The notes under the pieces were generated by a model, which worked only from the letters and a program-made list of their open reading frames with translations, did no database searches and had not been told where the DNA came from. Shown here piece by piece: positions 60,501-64,000 of a stretch of 64,000 bases of DNA. Both the position numbers and the translations under genes were made by a program. This DNA is from Cyanophora paradoxa CCMP329 (taxonomy: Eukaryota > Plantae > Glaucophyta): NCBI GenBank assembly GCA_004431415.1, contig QPMI01000619.1:57824-121823 (forward strand), in the 5' to 3' direction. Every line of letters begins with the position of its first letter. The stretch's first letter is position 1.

Positions 60501-63500
60501 GGCTCTGCGGCGGGGCCGCCGTCACAGTCGTGGCCGGGGCTGGCGGGGCGTCGGACGGGGCCAGTAGCTCAGGCGCAGGCGACGGGGCCGTCGAGACCGC
60601 AGCCACGGCCGTGGGGGACGGGACGCTGTGCGGGTCGTCAGCGAGGTCGCCATCGCCGGTGCGATGGGCGAAGCATCTCGAGCGGCCGTCGACGAGACCG
60701 GCGTCTCGAGAGCGGGCGTCGGGCCACCGGAGTCGTTGTCACGGGTGCAACGGGCTGGGCGTCCGGAGTCGTCGTCGCGGGTGCAACGGGCTGGGCGTCC
60801 GGAGTGTCCGTCGACGAGGCCGTCACCTCGGCGCAGGGGGTGGGTCGTTCCGCGGGCCGGGGCTCCGGGGCGTCGGTCGGCGGTGTCACCGGTGCCGTTG
60901 GGCACGTCATGTCGTCGTCGTGGTAGTGAGGGTTGCCCGGGGTCTGGGGCCGGCTGGTATGAATCGGGAGCGCGCGGCCGCGGCCCTGACCGTTCCCCCG
61001 TGCCTCGCCGATTGGCGCGGTGGAGCCTGTGCTGCCGCAGTACGGCGACGGGCGTCCATGGTGCGGCCACGAGCAATACCACCGATTGCAGCCTGCAAGT
61101 AGGGGGCTTGCGCCGCGGCCTGCACCGGGTCCTCTCCCTTGGCAGCTTCGCGTCGAGGCGAGCCTGCAGTTCACGTGCGAGCTGTTCGTCGGCCAGCAGC
61201 TGCGCGTGCTTGTCGGGCGGAGTGGTCGGGGACGGCGTTCCAGGCGTGCGGCGACGAAGGATGTCTGTCAACACGTTGTGGACTTCGAGTACCTCGCCGA
61301 AAACTGCGTCGGGTCCCGAAGTCGCGCGTTCTCGGCGGCGAGTCGCAAGTACTCCATGTCGACGTCGTTGGTTCGGAGAGTGAGATGCGGCTTAATCTTG
61401 TCCCGCTGTCGAGCCGGCCAGTCGTGTAGAACGGCAGCGACGTAAATCGACGCCAACTTGCGGCTCACTCCCCCAGCTGCAGCGACCGTGGTCTCAGGCA
61501 CCGGGTAGGGCGGAAGATCAGTTGGTGTCGGGCCGAGGCGCGTGTTCGGCTCATCGACGGGTGCATTAACGCGTGAGCATGGTAGAACGCCGGTGCCGAC
61601 AAGCAGACGGGAAGCGACGCGTTCACAGTCGTTCGCGCGAGTCGGGACGTGTCCTGCCCAGAGGTGTTGACAACTCCCGGGGCGAGAATGATTGGCCGAG
61701 TGCCTATCGGTCCAGTACTCGCGTCGCGAACGCCAGGCCGGAGGGTGCTGGCACGGACGGTGAAGGGGCTGACGTCGACGTTAAGGAAGATGTCAGCGAC
61801 CCGAGGCCAGTCGTCGTTCCCCGTCAAAGACGTCGTTCCCTGTGGGGTGATATCCATTAACAGACCGATAATCCGCAGGAAGAGCGTCTTCATTTCCATC
61901 GTCACTCCGTACAGAGCGTCGAGCGTGATGTCCGCCGGTGCATGTCAGGTCGCAGAGTACTCGGGTACGGCGTGCGCTGGCGTGAGGTGGCGACGGTACG
62001 GGCAATTGCGGACGAACTCCATGTACGGCGGCGTTGTGCAGAGGCGCAGTGCTCCTGAAGCTCGACGTTAGTCATTGTCACCGTGTTGCCCGTGGTCGAG
62101 TCGATGTACTCGTAGTAGCGGTGCGCAATGCTGATCACTGATGCACGGAGCCGGTGGTTCACGATGACGGGTGAGCCATCGGGGCCGATGCTGCACGTGT
62201 GGCACGGTGCAGGCATGTCGACTGGCGACAGGAAGAGAAGAATTTGCTGTCCCCCAACACTGACCATGATCTTCTCGACCGTGCGAGAGGCGAAGACGCG
62301 GTCTCCACCCTCGCGCTCATACCTCCCCGCTGCCCTGGTGGCGACGAGCGATGAGCGTGATCGAGTCTTCCGCAATGTCCATCAGCATCTCGCGCAACTT
62401 CCGTTGCGGTTGATGGGGTCATTGTCAGCCCTGTCCTCCGACGCCTTGGGCCGCAGTACGGCGGGCGCGGGTGGAGTGGGCGTGGTCGGCGGGACGATTG
62501 GCGTCTTGTCCTCAGGGGCGAGGCCCTCTGCCGTCGCGACAGAGCTGGGTCCGGCGACGGGGTCGGTCGGAGCGTTTGCCGCGACGAAACGAGCGTAGGC
62601 GTCAGCAGCCTTTGCCGAAGTCGCGTCAGGGCCTGAGGCGAACCGTAGCTCACCCTCGCGCTCGAGAATGTAGACGAGAAGTAGGATCGTAGACTCGACG
62701 TCGTAGCCACGGAGGTACGTGCGGAGTGTGCTCTCAACGTAATTGACAGCGGCCGTTCGTCGGTTGGGGCGCATGAATGTTGGGCTGCGGTTCTGCGCGT
62801 CGGTGAAGGACGTCTTGACACGGTTCAGGAGGGACTCGACGACAGCAGCTCCTGGGAGCGTCAGCGTTGTCGTAGGTGCAGGCGGCGCGTCGGTTGTGTC
62901 CATGGCGCCGTCGGTGAAAGTGAAGACACGACGGGCGCACAGAGCGTTGACGATTGCCTGAACCGTAGTGTCAACATCGAATGCCTCGAGCTCCTTACGC
63001 AGTACACTCGTGACGTGGTTGGCCGCAGCCTGCCGCGTGCGAGGCGGCGGGCGCCCGTGTTCGTGATGGCCATCGCTGCCATTTCAACCAAGTGTAACAG
63101 CTGCTCGCCCTCAGCGCCCCGGTAGGGCCGGCGAAGCTGCTCGTTGGTGTTCGAGATGTTAGTGTTAATTGCCGCGATAGTCGTCGTCTCACGGGCGATT
63201 GCGATCCACGTGCGCAACGTTGTCACGTCATCCTCAGTGGCCGTGTCTGCAATGATGCGTGTGACGGCCGCATTCAGACGCTTGTGCTCACTGTGGCCTT
63301 TCGGGTTGATGAGCGGGCGGGTCGCCAGCAAGTGCCAATGCGGGTGGCTGTGGTGAGCGTGAGTGCCGTCAGCGCACGGGATGCCGGGGTTCACGTCGAG
63401 CGCCGGCGGGATCGGGAACCGCCCGTTCTTCGCGTGTCCGGAGATGTCGCGGGCGATCACAAAGAACTCCATCTCCCTGGTCGGGTCACGAACGGGGTGC

Positions 63501-64000
63501 GACGTAGGGAGGCTTTCAAGCGCAGCGATGAGCGCGGAGTGAGCAGTACGAAGTCCGTCATTGGCGCGTCACGACGGTGTGCCGAGGGAATGGGGCGGGC
63601 AACAAGGGTACCATTCTCCTGGCGGCCGACGACATGGGGGTGGCAGTCAGCACACGTCTCGTTGGCGAAAGACAGGTCCCGACGGCGAGGCATGTGCGCA
63701 TCCTCCGTGAATACCGCGGTACGGTAATTGGAGGCCTGCGTGAAGACGGGGTACATGTTGTCGTGGGGCTTGGGGAAGCGGTGCGCGCGCGCCTCCTCCG
63801 AGTCGCCTTCCGCATCGATAGCGTTGCGGACGCGAGCCCAGCAGACACCGGGGCCCTTCGGCTCGAGGTACGTCGTGAGCATCTGGAGGGCGGGGCAGTA
63901 AAGGATGGTACGCGCGTGGATCTGCGCTGGTCGCTCGAAGGGATGCCATCACGAAGCCAGTCAGTGCACTGGATGCCGTCGACGTGCATGCGGTTGTTAA
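54554..64000 (-). CDS. Very long upstream polyprotein region of unknown function (chain of overlapping ORFs)
   Basis: Overlapping or abutting same-strand ORFs (63457-63882, 62861-63472, 62382-62903, 61902-62375, 61465-61905, 58813-60120, 58164-58781, 56428-58236, 55772-56665, 54950-55378, 54554-54871) with protein-like composition and no intergenic gaps. Confidence 0.7.
60727..60808. repeat. 36-bp coding tandem repeat (TTTPDAQPVAP)
   Basis: CCGGAGTCGT...GGGTGCAACGGGCTGGGCGT repeated. Confidence 0.8.

Larger units (their letters stand above)
48014..64000 (-). mobile_element. Giant Ty3/Gypsy LTR retrotransposon (at least 16 kb, 5' end outside the window)
   Basis: PR-RT-RH-IN order; intronless; abrupt loss of host poly-C tracts; continuous minus-strand coding to the window edge. 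Confidence 0.88.

Noticed and set aside
1-64000. tRNA/rRNA genes, prokaryotic operons or defence systems
   Set aside because: None recognised; gene structure is spliceosomal throughout the host portion.

Overview
Eukaryotic nuclear DNA: GC-rich, intron-dense, with C-rich introns and many GC-AG introns, typical of an alga or protist (species not determinable here). Positions 1-47.5 kb hold host genes: a membrane class III nucleotide cyclase with inverted catalytic-domain order plus a truncated duplicate, a tandem F-type-lectin/discoidin-domain gene, a Skp1/BTB-like gene, two F-box genes, a DHRS1-type SDR, an unknown membrane protein and an OPR-repeat/RAP-domain protein. These are interspersed with well-defined mobile elements: a CACTA-superfamily element with double CACTG/CACTA ends (empty site present in the window), four 5'-truncated poly(A) retroposon copies (three with clear TSDs), an internally deleted Helentron/Helitron2-like element and a MITE-like element. 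From ~48.0 kb to the window end lies an intronless minus-strand Ty3/Gypsy LTR retrotransposon (PR-RT-RH-IN) of at least 16 kb. It carries at least 9.4 kb of extra, unrecognisable coding sequence upstream of the protease and a ~500-aa insertion between RNase H and integrase. This giant element is the best candidate for an undescribed system. Exon boundaries were read by eye and are approximate.
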